A stretch of DNA of 64,000 bases from a virus (IMGVR_UViG_2974799246_000001:96001-160000); one strand, 5' to 3'. Positions 55,601 to 64,000 are shown, numbered from the stretch's first letter. Notes: generated by a model from the sequence alone, not told the origin. Made by a program: numbers and translations.

Positions 55601-58510
55601 GAAGCGGTTAACGAACTCCACAGCACCACGCACACGAACACGCACACCGCCGATATCAACGTTGAACGTACCAGTCTGGAGGAAGCTCAGGCCAACGATA
55701 TAGATCGTGTTGCGCGGAGCCTGCTGGATAACGTCATACATGCGGTCTTCGCCCCACGTATTAACAGTGTCAGCAGTGATAGGCACTGCGTTCCAACCAT
55801 CAACAACTTTGTGGAGGTCATCACACCAGTTCGCTACGAGGTTAGACGGACAGATGATCAGAGGACGAATCGTTTCTTCGCCAAGGTCATCCAGCTCTTT
55901 GATTAGAGCAGCAACGTCGGTCAGACCGATGATTGTCTTACCGCCGCCAGGTGCGATAAAGATTGTTGCGAAGCGTGGACGACGACGCAGAGTTTTGTGC
56001 GCTTCAACCTGATGCGGTAGTAACGCTGCACCTGCTTTCAGACCAGGGATACGGATATCTTCAATCGTGATACCGCTGTCCGGTTTCAGCTTCTCAATCT
56101 CCACTTCGGCCTGTTCGAAGTATTCGAGTGATTTAGGAATCACATCGCTGTACATCGTGGCGAACGGCAGAATGATTTGTTGCAGACGGTCAGAGCCTGG
56201 GGCCTGTTCGTCTTCAATCAGAGAGCTGAACAACTTCTTACGATCACTACGCGCCAGAGCCTGAGTCACCTCACGATACAACGCACCACCGAAGTAGTTA
56301 TTCAGTCGCGCCATGTCAGACAGCTTGGAGCTTTCACCCATCACGAAGTAGTGAGTGTGGTTCGGCAGAGATTCGGTTGCAGCCTGAATGCTACCCATCT
56401 CATTGAGAGAGGTCATAATCAGGTTAGACCCACGCAGACCAGCAGCATCGTTCAGCACACGAAGCATCACGCGCATCATCGTCATTGCAGGGCGTTCGTT
56501 AGCGAGGTCTGGAATTGAGAAGTCGTTCTCAATCAGGTTCTGATACAGGTTCTGGTCCATCGGGCTTTCGGCCAATGAAGCATTCTCTGCGTCCATACCG
56601 ACAGCAACACGCGCCTGCTGCACCAGAGTTTTCAGATCAGGAACTTGTTTGTTCTTGAGCATGAACTCATAGGTCTGACAGGTAGATGCGATAATCTGCA
56701 CCAGCTCATGGAGGTTAGAACCTTCGGTGCTGTTATACTTGATGGTACTGTCTGAGACAGCTTCCACCAGACGGCCAGCGCCAGATTCTGCTTTCGCCGC
56801 TTCGATCATCATGTCGTTAGACACGCGATATGCAGCCATACCACCAGAAGACTGATTGTGGTGGATGTTACCGATTACGTTAGATGCAGAACGGAAGTTA
56901 GGTGCTTCACCAGGCTCTGCGAAGTCGTAGCCAAGTGAGTCAGCAACGTCCAGAGAGTTCGGCGCTTTCATGCCTACGGTACGTGTCTCTTTAACATCGA
57001 GACCGCCACCATTGGACGTGTTCACGATCAGCGCGAAGTCAGGGTCAATGCCGATGCACACGTTACTGAAACGAGAGAGCGACTTGGCCTTGGTCTGCAC
57101 TTCACGGTCGAAGTCCAGATTGCCGTTCTGAATTGCGAACATGTTGGTACGCAGGGTATCGTGCTCGGTAGACAGAGGCACACCCTTTTCGAACAGGTCT
57201 TCGAGTACGCTGTTGAGAGAAGACTCGTAGGTCTTAACCATCTCAATGTCGATATCTTCACGACGAGGCAGCACTGCGAGAGTACCGTTCGGCATGATCG
57301 TCAGACCGTTATCGTCTGCAACCACATCGTTTACCACATAGCCAAACTTCTCACGGAGTTTCTTCAACTCAGGCAGAGTGGTGGCCGAGGTAACGTAGCG
57401 TGGAATACGCGCAGCACGAGTGATACCAGTACGAGTAGAGCCAGCAACACGGAAGTAGTAGCTCGCCCAACCCTGGAACCAACGATACAGACACATGGTC
57501 TGCGTGTCAGCACCCTGAGAGATGTACTCGACCATTTCTTTTTCGAAGTTAACGATCAGGCCGCCTTCAACGCGAACGTCAGTAGCGAGAGCGACAGGGT
57601 TAAAATCGACAGGCGTATCGTGGCTGATTTTCATCGCTTGAATCTTGCGATCAATCATCGCCTTGCCTGGGATAGGACGAATACCGATCGTCATGAAATC
57701 GCCCAGCGCTTCGGCAGCACCTTTGTCCAGATTACGGAACAGGTCGATATCCATGTTGTGCATCAGCGGGTGAATGGAGCGCAGAGCCGCGTTATACACA
57801 GTCCAGTCTTTATCGAGAGGAATGCGGACCATCTTCGTTTCGAATGCGTTGGAGTTGGTGCGCTCAACGCCGAAGATATCTTTGTACAGAGTCTTCGCCA
57901 CACGAATCGCAGCCTGTGCGATATCAGAACTGTAGGTCTGAATGTTGGCGCGTTCGAAGTTGGCGTCATTGTCCACACGAGGACGGTCGCTACCCTGATT
58001 GTTCAGGACGTTGAAGTTACCGTTCGAGGCCAGAGGACTTGTCGGGCATGGCGTACCAGACATGATAATGTCACGACCGCCTGGGAAGCGCGTACTATTT
58101 TCAATCACGGCACCAGATGCTGCGGACAGGTGTTCAGCCAGAGAGGTCTTAATCTCACGACTCAACTTGTCGCCGTTCAGTGACATATTGATACGCATGA
58201 TGGACAGATCGATGTTGTTCTTAACACGCTTAACAAAATCGTCTGGCGCTACTTCCAGCATGTCTTCGAACTCTGCACCGTTGGTAACGATGTAGTTGAT
58301 CAAATCGAATGCGGCGTAGATGCGAGCAACGGTAGATGCGGTGAACACTGCAAGGGTTTCGTAGTTACGACGAGACTTCCCTGTAGCGTACATTTTCGAC
58401 ATTTTACCATCGAACTCGGGCGGCAACGTCTTCACAGCCAGAGCCTGATTAAACGTATCGGCGATCTGCTGGGTTGCGGTTGCTGAGGTACTGATCATTT
58501 GATTCATCAT
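52661..58510 (-). CDS. Giant SNF2-family helicase/ATPase
   Basis: 1949 aa; LLPHQ, APGGGKT, LIICP, LDESH, ATGT, LIVFT, SEGHNMQ, Q..ARI.R motifs. Confidence 0.9.
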   Translation of the reverse strand: MMNQMISTSATATQQIADTFNQALAVKTLPPEFDGKMSKMYATGKSRRNYETLAVFTASTVARIYAAFDLINYIVTNGAEFEDMLEVAPDDFVKRVKNNIDLSIMRINMSLNGDKLSREIKTSLAEHLSAASGAVIENSTRFPGGRDIIMSGTPCPTSPLASNGNFNVLNNQGSDRPRVDNDANFERANIQTYSSDIAQAAIRVAKTLYKDIFGVERTNSNAFETKMVRIPLDKDWTVYNAALRSIHPLMHNMDIDLFRNLDKGAAEALGDFMTIGIRPIPGKAMIDRKIQAMKISHDTPVDFNPVALATDVRVEGGLIVNFEKEMVEYISQGADTQTMCLYRWFQGWASYYFRVAGSTRTGITRAARIPRYVTSATTLPELKKLREKFGYVVNDVVADDNGLTIMPNGTLAVLPRREDIDIEMVKTYESSLNSVLEDLFEKGVPLSTEHDTLRTNMFAIQNGNLDFDREVQTKAKSLSRFSNVCIGIDPDFALIVNTSNGGGLDVKETRTVGMKAPNSLDVADSLGYDFAEPGEAPNFRSASNVIGNIHHNQSSGGMAAYRVSNDMMIEAAKAESGAGRLVEAVSDSTIKYNSTEGSNLHELVQIIASTCQTYEFMLKNKQVPDLKTLVQQARVAVGMDAENASLAESPMDQNLYQNLIENDFSIPDLANERPAMTMMRVMLRVLNDAAGLRGSNLIMTSLNEMGSIQAATESLPNHTHYFVMGESSKLSDMARLNNYFGGALYREVTQALARSDRKKLFSSLIEDEQAPGSDRLQQIILPFATMYSDVIPKSLEYFEQAEVEIEKLKPDSGITIEDIRIPGLKAGAALLPHQVEAHKTLRRRPRFATIFIAPGGGKTIIGLTDVAALIKELDDLGEETIRPLIICPSNLVANWCDDLHKVVDGWNAVPITADTVNTWGEDRMYDVIQQAPRNTIYIVGLSFLQTGTFNVDIGGVRVRVRGAVEFVNRFRFSYVLLDESHKVKNFSGGQAGSQVHFNTKAVFTAPSVRYARIATGTLVTDRVRDIVGQAALMTPAMFGDSLDVAYDGAKDDIEMIRRAHSRMANHTAFISFKRKHWAFMLPNPIDTFIQVEIDDPSVPNSALHQEVYNAMYEQVLEKLQDAANAAKRKASAGNDDEDDDAGGADDNASDIDEDDIEEGDDLGALLAGNADLNMYFQRMEMMLTDPMGDDVARLTFEAAGVTNFVSAKVLTIIDRIKKHFEVQPERDPMVGEQQIFDWKPGVTPRELDIAVYNGQKYLARKQSEEYKRQALPPSMVPPPDDPDYWKPEVQGKLIVFTRYVRAANAIYNALPENYKKVAVVYHGEVGKLGQNKDANLDAFKTDNNVQILIANEQAISEGHNMQMGSRIIRCDTPWSPGTYDQSTARIFRPDVAAAKLDENGKPGDMAREVVFIDWVMTNKTLEVGKVARLMWKTLEKTRFDEKGNQRYEALDQYKLDPIKMSAKLLIDNNTMEDFAQYFFAKRDLNEIESQEFHEMRKTTVAAMQALPATPALNDFRVMEQTPFVANQKIPDRYGWGLERLLDWTRNRNFTNGENLKDSLNRAPVVTEYGNGVIVSVTARTVDGKLRADSPISTVRVRLAGTGETVSISANKVHIATKVDKADLKKFFEARKPWANEKDRKRATAEANRIEIEDTIKDETETADTVETEKKVVAVARKTARAKQRATNKAEGKPINEGVAEAAGRVRRRKPADLPVLDNTTRRKKPVAAAVEEATGADMALELTPTVYNGFVAIYANATDPDAKALKAFDFVEFGDYVYYDCAYYEDFEKMLDFIEVKKKLAFDKPSEKRLEFVLDFFDESTPRMGFNIKLALKAQEQLKQFFLIRHKAASDKKHVKAYPMVMEDRLRIMFDLNTNPQMKRFVGTKIPNTRKFGTFDVSPGMWIGFVKNVATAKARINKIVKAGYNITNIKKLTTALDRLKLTTTKNKAV

Positions 58511-59004
58511 TCACCCAGTTTAATATAGTTGTCGATTACAGACGTCCACACTCCAGGTACAGGCAGGTTTCGGTCAGCAGCGATATCAGAAAGCACGATA
58601 GCCAGTGCGTAAGCACGAAGCGGTTCGAGGCCTTCAAACTTATCACGCGTAAACACAGACGTGAGTTGTTCGTTGGTCAGCGTCTGATACTGCGCACGGT
58701 ACTCCGTCAAGTACAGGCGATACTTGCCGTCATCAACAGGAGTAGTGTCTGGTGTGCTCTGCACATACAGCAGTGCTTTACCCAGCGCGTCCAGAAGCAG
58801 CAGCAGATCGTTTTGATCGTACGGCGTAATTTCTGGAACGTTGGAACTGCCCATCAGTTCGAGGACCGAGTCAGGCAGTTGAATAGGCTCTTTCGCCTCA
58901 GAGATGGACTCGATAATCCCTTGAGCCGCATTTGCGTAGCGCTTATCGCTCGTCGCAATGCCAGACAGCAAGGAATGGAGCCGCGTATTTACGTCGTGCG
59001 TCAC
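58507..59004 (-). CDS. Hypothetical protein
   Basis: Start re-called to GTG 59004 (AGGAG SD), which removes the overlap with the upstream gene. Confidence 0.6.
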   Translation of the reverse strand: MTHDVNTRLHSLLSGIATSDKRYANAAQGIIESISEAKEPIQLPDSVLELMGSSNVPEITPYDQNDLLLLLDALGKALLYVQSTPDTTPVDDGKYRLYLTEYRAQYQTLTNEQLTSVFTRDKFEGLEPLRAYALAIVLSDIAADRNLPVPGVWTSVIDNYIKLGE

Positions 59005-59014
59005 GGTTCTTCTC

Positions 59015-59797
59015 CTAGATAAAAATGCTCTTGACCAGAGAGTTGAGTCGCTTTTCCACGGCGTGTCGTTTGTGTGTCGAAAGGAAACAACACATACGGC
59101 GCGACTGTAGATGCAGCGCAATGGCATTGCCCTTGACGCGAGCGCAGTCAATCCCAAGGTCAATGTTCCACGGATGCCAAGCACGAGGTGCAAGCATCAC
59201 CTGTTGGATGTTCGGATAAGTGTCCATCAATACAGGAATCGCAGACTTTGCCAGTTTCTTGGTCAAATTATCAGTTTTGAACAAAGCCTTAGGCTGTTTG
59301 TTCGAAAACCAGTACGGAACCTGCTTGTGGAGTATCTCCCCGACTTTAGGAATGCCACCACGAGTAGTCTGAGGCACATACACCAGATAGATATCGATCG
59401 TGGTGTTGATGCAGTTCGCTACGCGGTTGTAATCGCTGTTAGTACGCGAATGCACCTCGGCCAGTCTGAACTTATTGCTGAACTCGATACGCTGCAACCA
59501 CTGGCGCAAGTCCTGATGCTGCAACTTGAGAAGGACACGGGCCTGCTCAAGAGAATGCTTAGTCACAGACGGGACTGGACGTATCAGATACTTCGTGGTA
59601 GTCTTAGACAGCGAGGACATGAAGCCTTCAACAACACGCTGCATACCAAGAGGCTGCGGCAGTGAGTGAAAGAGATCGACTGCGGTTTGGGTTGTGATGT
59701 ACGAACCCCACGCCTCAATATACTCAGGGTCAATGCAGTCTGGGAAAGCACGTAGGTTCAATCCTACTTCGGAGCCATATGTTTTCAAACGACTCAC
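59015..59797 (-). CDS. Hypothetical protein
   Basis: 260 aa, GGAGG SD, GTGA overlap. Confidence 0.6.
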   Translation of the reverse strand: MSRLKTYGSEVGLNLRAFPDCIDPEYIEAWGSYITTQTAVDLFHSLPQPLGMQRVVEGFMSSLSKTTTKYLIRPVPSVTKHSLEQARVLLKLQHQDLRQWLQRIEFSNKFRLAEVHSRTNSDYNRVANCINTTIDIYLVYVPQTTRGGIPKVGEILHKQVPYWFSNKQPKALFKTDNLTKKLAKSAIPVLMDTYPNIQQVMLAPRAWHPWNIDLGIDCARVKGNAIALHLQSRRMCCFLSTHKRHAVEKRLNSLVKSIFI

Positions 59798-60159
59798 TTT
59801 CTACCTCCGTGAAGCAATCGAGAGCCGCGTCGGTTTGCAGTACCGATTTGGTTATTGTCGCACGTATAGCAAAGCAGTTCAAGGTTATGCTTCATGTTCG
59901 AACCACCATTGGCATGTGCAACTTTATGGTTGAGAATCAATTCGCGTGTGGGCTTACCACAGCGCTCGCAGTAGTAACCACGCTCGTCGATGATGCTCAT
60001 CTTGAGTTTGGTCCAGTCTGCTCTGTCCATGCGAACGTGTGTACCTGCACGGGCACGTTCAAATCCCGTTACGCCAGCAAGACGTTGGGAAGTAGACAGA
60101 GTACGTCCACGCCCACCTTGCGTTCGAGCGGCGATGCCGCCTCTTGGTCTGTATGCCAT
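59794..60159 (-). CDS. Small HNH endonuclease-like protein
   Basis: CERCG...NHKVAHANGGSN..HNLELLCYTC motif. Confidence 0.8.
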   Translation of the reverse strand: MAYRPRGGIAARTQGGRGRTLSTSQRLAGVTGFERARAGTHVRMDRADWTKLKMSIIDERGYYCERCGKPTRELILNHKVAHANGGSNMKHNLELLCYTCDNNQIGTANRRGSRLLHGGRK

Positions 60160-60181
60160 GATGTTCTCCTAAATACAATGA

Positions 60182-60190
60182 TATTTACAG
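60182..60190 (-). promoter_or_regulatory. Phage promoter motif CTGTAAATA
   Basis: Exact 9-mer 23 nt upstream of HNH start. Confidence 0.7.
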
Positions 60191-60192
60191 AC

Positions 60193-61005
60193 TTATGCAG
60201 AGGCGGAGAAGATCTGTACCGTCTTATCCAGACCAGCTTGATAGGACTGTTCGATATCTTTGGCCGAACGGCTGATAATCTGCTTAGTTGAGTTAGACGC
60301 AGCAGCAATCAATTCAACAGGCAGGTTCTTTTTGTTCCATGCGTTAATCTGGTGGAATACTGAAACGAGAACGGTACCAGCAGACTCGGCAAACGGACCA
60401 AGCACCTCAGCATTGAGGATTTCAGCCAACTGACCAACATCGCGCAGCGCACGAAGGTCAGCAATGATTTCGCGCATCTGGTCATAGAGTTTCATCAGCG
60501 CATAAATATCACGACTCTGTTTCTTTTGCAGATACAGGTTTTCACACTCACGCGCCATAGCCTGACACTGCTTGAACATGGTCATGTATTCTTGAATCTG
60601 GTCATTCTCCTGCTTGATGGCGTCAGGGATATCAGCCATGACCTCCATCAATTGACCTTCAAGCACGGCAACATCAGTGCCAAGCGCTTTCCTGTCTTTC
60701 TTTTTCTTCTTCTTGATGACCTCGACGGCGTTCTCTTTTTTCTTTTTCTTCTTCGCTTTCGGTTTGTCTTCAATGGAAGCGATTGCCTTTTGGGTACTGG
60801 CGATATCAGCGTAAAGTTCTTCTGGGTTAAGCACACCAGGCATGATATCACTCGAAGGGTCTTTCTTTTTCTTCTTTTTGACCTTCACGCCTTTGCTAAC
60901 TGTCTTAGCTTTAACGGCGGTGGTCTTAGCTTTCACTTTCGCTTTGCCTTTCTTTTTAGCAGGCTGTGCGTAAGAGCCAATGTCATCCAAGCTTATGGCC
61001 GCCAT
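60193..61005 (-). CDS. Hypothetical protein with Lys-rich N-terminus and helical C-terminus
   Basis: 270 aa, poly-Lys tracts; function not supportable (nucleic-acid binding plausible). Confidence 0.6.
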   Translation of the reverse strand: MAAISLDDIGSYAQPAKKKGKAKVKAKTTAVKAKTVSKGVKVKKKKKKDPSSDIMPGVLNPEELYADIASTQKAIASIEDKPKAKKKKKKENAVEVIKKKKKKDRKALGTDVAVLEGQLMEVMADIPDAIKQENDQIQEYMTMFKQCQAMARECENLYLQKKQSRDIYALMKLYDQMREIIADLRALRDVGQLAEILNAEVLGPFAESAGTVLVSVFHQINAWNKKNLPVELIAAASNSTKQIISRSAKDIEQSYQAGLDKTVQIFSASA

Positions 61006-61020
61006 GTGAAAATCCTCTGT

Positions 61021-61055
61021 AGAAACGAAAAAGGGAACCCCGCGAGGCTCCCTTT
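61021..61055 (-). terminator. Intrinsic terminator
   Basis: AAAGGGAGCC-TCGCG-GGGTTCCC-TTTTTCGTTTCT. Confidence 0.8.
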
Positions 61056-61064
61056 AGGGTTTGA

Positions 61065-61871
61065 TTAGAAGCTGTGACCTTTGATGATACCAGCAATCTT
61101 GCTGTAGTAGTCCGGGCTGTAACGGAATACCTGAGCGTAGTAGCTCAACAGCTTAGGCACGTCAACGCCAGCAGCGGCAGACACGCTATCGACAGCAGGG
61201 AACTGGTTAGGGTCCAGCTCGTCACCAGACAGTACAGCAACCATAGACATGGAGCTGATCTGTTCTTCGTTACCCTGCTCGTCAACCACCAGCATGGTGT
61301 TGTCGTCGGTAACGTTAGCAGCAACGAAGCCAACTTTCAGGTCACCGCTGTTTGATACGAAGCTGACCATATCGCCACCAACAGCAGCGGCCAGAATCGC
61401 TTCATTGCGCAGGATAGCCTGAGCCAGTTCAGGACGCTGGGCAGCAAAGTTAACGCCCTGTGCGCCACTGACAGAACGAATCATATCGATCAGTTCGGCG
61501 TTATCGTTAGCAGAGCTATCGCGTACCAGAACGTCTTCGCCAGATTCAGAACGACGGACATGCCACATGCGCTCGCTCTTGTCCATGTACATGTTCTTAG
61601 ACAGTGCCTGGAACTGGTCGCCCATCTGAGACACAGGAATGATATCCTGCATACGGTTCATGATGGTGCGCACGAAGCTGGTGGTCTTGCCGCCTTCGAT
61701 CAGAGTCGAAGCGCCTTCAACTGGCAGGAACTCGCGGTCGCAGGAAGCGCTCACGATTGCGCCGAAGTTGTCAGCGATGTTCTCACCGTGTGAGTGAGTT
61801 AATTGCACGATAGCCACGCTCTGGTTGTCGTTGAGCTGGTCAATCTGTTTGATGAAAGCCTTCATTGTCAT
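61065..61871 (-). CDS. Abundant virion (head) protein
   Basis: High-expression codons; upstream TAATTT element; own terminator; several S-x-S motifs. Confidence 0.6.
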   Translation of the reverse strand: MTMKAFIKQIDQLNDNQSVAIVQLTHSHGENIADNFGAIVSASCDREFLPVEGASTLIEGGKTTSFVRTIMNRMQDIIPVSQMGDQFQALSKNMYMDKSERMWHVRRSESGEDVLVRDSSANDNAELIDMIRSVSGAQGVNFAAQRPELAQAILRNEAILAAAVGGDMVSFVSNSGDLKVGFVAANVTDDNTMLVVDEQGNEEQISSMSMVAVLSGDELDPNQFPAVDSVSAAAGVDVPKLLSYYAQVFRYSPDYYSKIAGIIKGHSF

Positions 61872-61912
61872 CTCCTGAATAGTTCGACAATATGAAATTA
61901 GTATTTCGAGGG

Positions 61913-63109
61913 TTAGCCAGTGACGCGATAACGTGCATTGACCCAGATACTGCGGTTACCAACAGTAGCCCATTTGGTGGTTGGGCTGTTTGTGATGCCG
62001 AGCTTGCCGAGTGAACGTGCACCGTCAATCGCATTGGCACCCTGAGAACCATCACCGTCGTTTATTCCGGCTTTAGACAGCTTGTTCTTCAAGTTCGTAA
62101 CAGGACCTTGTATCTCTGTCTCAAGTCTGCCTAACGCAGATTCAATTGACGGAGTACGGTCCATGTTTAAGTTAACGACCTGACCTGTGAAGTCAAACGC
62201 TAACTGGCCCTCTGCCTGTAGTTGCGCGGCGAGAGCATAATACGAAGCGCAGATAACCCAACCGTTAAGAATGGTTCCCTGCATGTTCGTACCGTTGAAG
62301 CCTGTAACACGAGGACCAATCGTGTTGAACAACGCAAGTCCACGATACAAGTAGTTCATGATATCAGCCTGAGTGTATTCCAACTCAGGGATAACGTTCA
62401 TTGCTCGGGCTTTGTTGATGTGGTCTTCAACCATTGACGCTGCGATAAGAATCTGCGGCGTTACAACCCAGAGCTTGTACGTGAACATCTTCGTGGTCTT
62501 GCGTGTGTTCGAAGTATGCTGTGCGATTAAGCTGATAGGCTCCAATCGACGAACAGCAACCCAGACAGGAATCTGGAACACGCAGGTCTTGGCGCGGTTC
62601 ACAACCATCTTCACACCAGAATCGCCAGAGTCGATATCAGATGCGATGATTTGGTTGTTGAGTGCCAGTTGGAATTTCAGCTTATCGCCTCGCGTGTCGT
62701 AGTGAAACGGTAACGTCATCTCAAACGTTTCGTCATCACCGAACAGGCATACGATATCTGTCACACGGTTTTCAGTCAGTGGCTCAACGATGAGTTCCTG
62801 ACGGGACTGCATGATTCCTTCTTCGGACTCATAGCGCCATGAAAGCAGCAGACGCTTATCGTCCACCAGCCCCATGTTCGGCACGGCAACATCAGCGGTC
62901 CAGGCGCCAGGAATTTCACCAGGCGTTGCAACCACTTGAGCCAGTACCGATCTATCTTCGGGATCAATGAGGCTTACTACAGGCCCCATGTCATCCGATA
63001 GTGGGTACAGAGGTTCGTCGAGGTCGTTATAGAAACTTTCCTCGACTACCAGTACGTTACCTTCTGTTGTGCGCATATCAGTCTGCCTTAGTGAGTCCCA
63101 GATACTCAA
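61913..63109 (-). CDS. Putative neck/head-tail adaptor protein
   Basis: 398 aa; C-terminal FTGQVVNLNMDR..IESALGRLETEI resembles T4 gp13-type neck proteins. Confidence 0.4.
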   Translation of the reverse strand: MSIWDSLRQTDMRTTEGNVLVVEESFYNDLDEPLYPLSDDMGPVVSLIDPEDRSVLAQVVATPGEIPGAWTADVAVPNMGLVDDKRLLLSWRYESEEGIMQSRQELIVEPLTENRVTDIVCLFGDDETFEMTLPFHYDTRGDKLKFQLALNNQIIASDIDSGDSGVKMVVNRAKTCVFQIPVWVAVRRLEPISLIAQHTSNTRKTTKMFTYKLWVVTPQILIAASMVEDHINKARAMNVIPELEYTQADIMNYLYRGLALFNTIGPRVTGFNGTNMQGTILNGWVICASYYALAAQLQAEGQLAFDFTGQVVNLNMDRTPSIESALGRLETEIQGPVTNLKNKLSKAGINDGDGSQGANAIDGARSLGKLGITNSPTTKWATVGNRSIWVNARYRVTG

Positions 63110-64000
63110 TCAGATTGCGTAGCTGGTCGTTATACCCACCTTCGATTAGCGCTCTCGCCATTGACACGTGGTTGGAGTTCGCTGTACGCACTACCTTAGC
63201 CTGATAGTCAGGAACGTTTTGCATGTTCTGATTCAGGTTGTAGAAGTAGCTACGCACGAAGTTCGTTCGTTCCACGTTACTCGCTTCCATATCGCTGGTG
63301 TCCTGTGTAGGAGTCAGCAACAGGTAGAGGGCAGCAAGCAGTTCAGGACTCTGATCAACAATCGGCGAGGCGAGCGAAGCAGCAATCTTCATCAGGCCTT
63401 TTGCAACGAAGTCAACCACAGTCTTCTCGATGTACGCCGTGCCAGCTTTGCCCACGTTAGGCAGATACAGGCCAGGCAGAATGAAGATACAGAAGTACAG
63501 CGGAAAGTCTTTACGCATCACGTCGGGGATAAGCATCTCCGAGTAATCTTTCCAGATGTTCACGTTGAAGTGCCACTCATCGTATGGCACTGTACGCATC
63601 AGGTTCGATACCGATAGGTCTTTCACTTGGTTCGCCTGCGATGCAAGATCGCGAGCGCTCTGCGAAGGAGCAAGGTTCGAACTCGATACCAGTTGAACGT
63701 AGTTGCGGGTGACAACACCCACAGTGTTATACGTCACATTCAACATCTCAACGCCGTTACCGTTCAGGCCGAAGATAACAGAACGAGGAAGACCGATAGT
63801 GATGTACTCGTTGTTATTGTCCACGCCCCACAAGCGCCAGTAACGCCCGCGACCAAGTTGAGTCATAGGCTGCGGGAGAATACGGTTGGCGCGAGCTTTC
63901 AGGCAGAACGTGAAACAGATACCGCTGTCAATCATAATCACCGAATCATCTGGACGATTCGAATAACCCATCGACATATCGTTATCGGTACTGTACACGT
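63078..64000 (-). CDS. Hypothetical protein, probably 5'-truncated by the window edge
   Basis: Open frame running to the window end. Confidence 0.6.
   Translation of the reverse strand, partial: VYSTDNDMSMGYSNRPDDSVIMIDSGICFTFCLKARANRILPQPMTQLGRGRYWRLWGVDNNNEYITIGLPRSVIFGLNGNGVEMLNVTYNTVGVVTRNYVQLVSSSNLAPSQSARDLASQANQVKDLSVSNLMRTVPYDEWHFNVNIWKDYSEMLIPDVMRKDFPLYFCIFILPGLYLPNVGKAGTAYIEKTVVDFVAKGLMKIAASLASPIVDQSPELLAALYLLLTPTQDTSDMEASNVERTNFVRSYFYNLNQNMQNVPDYQAKVVRTANSNHVSMARALIEGGYNDQLRNLIEYLGLTKAD

Noticed and set aside
47617-58510. Inteins in the polymerase or SNF2 helicase
   Set aside because: No C/S...HN-C/S/T splice junctions or LAGLIDADG blocks were seen; polymerase motifs are normally spaced.
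60193-61005. Terminase small subunit call
   Set aside because: Only general basic and helical character, and no large terminase in the window to support it.

Overview
This is a 64 kb slice of a large (probably jumbo) contractile-tailed dsDNA phage genome, with every credible gene on the minus strand. In transcription order (right to left) it holds: neck/virion genes, a small HNH nuclease and a 1949-aa SNF2 helicase. A replication block follows (family A DNA polymerase with an N-terminal UDG-like domain, beta-clamp-like protein, UvsY-like protein, UvsW-like SF2 helicase, degenerate DnaC-like protein, J-domain protein, DHH phosphoesterase). Then come a second tail-sheath gene, a paralog-rich fibre/whisker cluster, NAD-dependent ligase and a GT2-TPR glycosyltransferase. 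The head module (prohead protease, zincin, very acidic scaffold, decoration protein, major capsid) is followed by a free-standing GIY-YIG endonuclease and the tail module (sheath, two tube-like genes, two gp26-like hub chaperones, tape-measure/muramidase). From memory, the layout resembles the Erwinia/Dickeya 'hairy' jumbo myoviruses (Y3/Alexandra/JA11-like); this is an unverified inference. Main unexplained signals: (1) a structured RNA leader upstream of the GIY-YIG gene whose hairpin loop is complementary to that gene's Shine-Dalgarno region, plus a 22-nt antisense copy of the same RBS and start codon hidden about 580 nt inside the coding sequence; (2) a recurrent S-x-S motif in putative head proteins, a candidate new prohead-protease specificity; (3) a shared ~70-aa N-terminal domain fused to different cargos; (4) two phage promoter motifs (CTGTAAATA, TAATTT) and a terminator family with a conserved interrupted U-tail. 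All product calls come from motif recognition by eye; no searches were run. No tRNA, rRNA or CRISPR array was seen.
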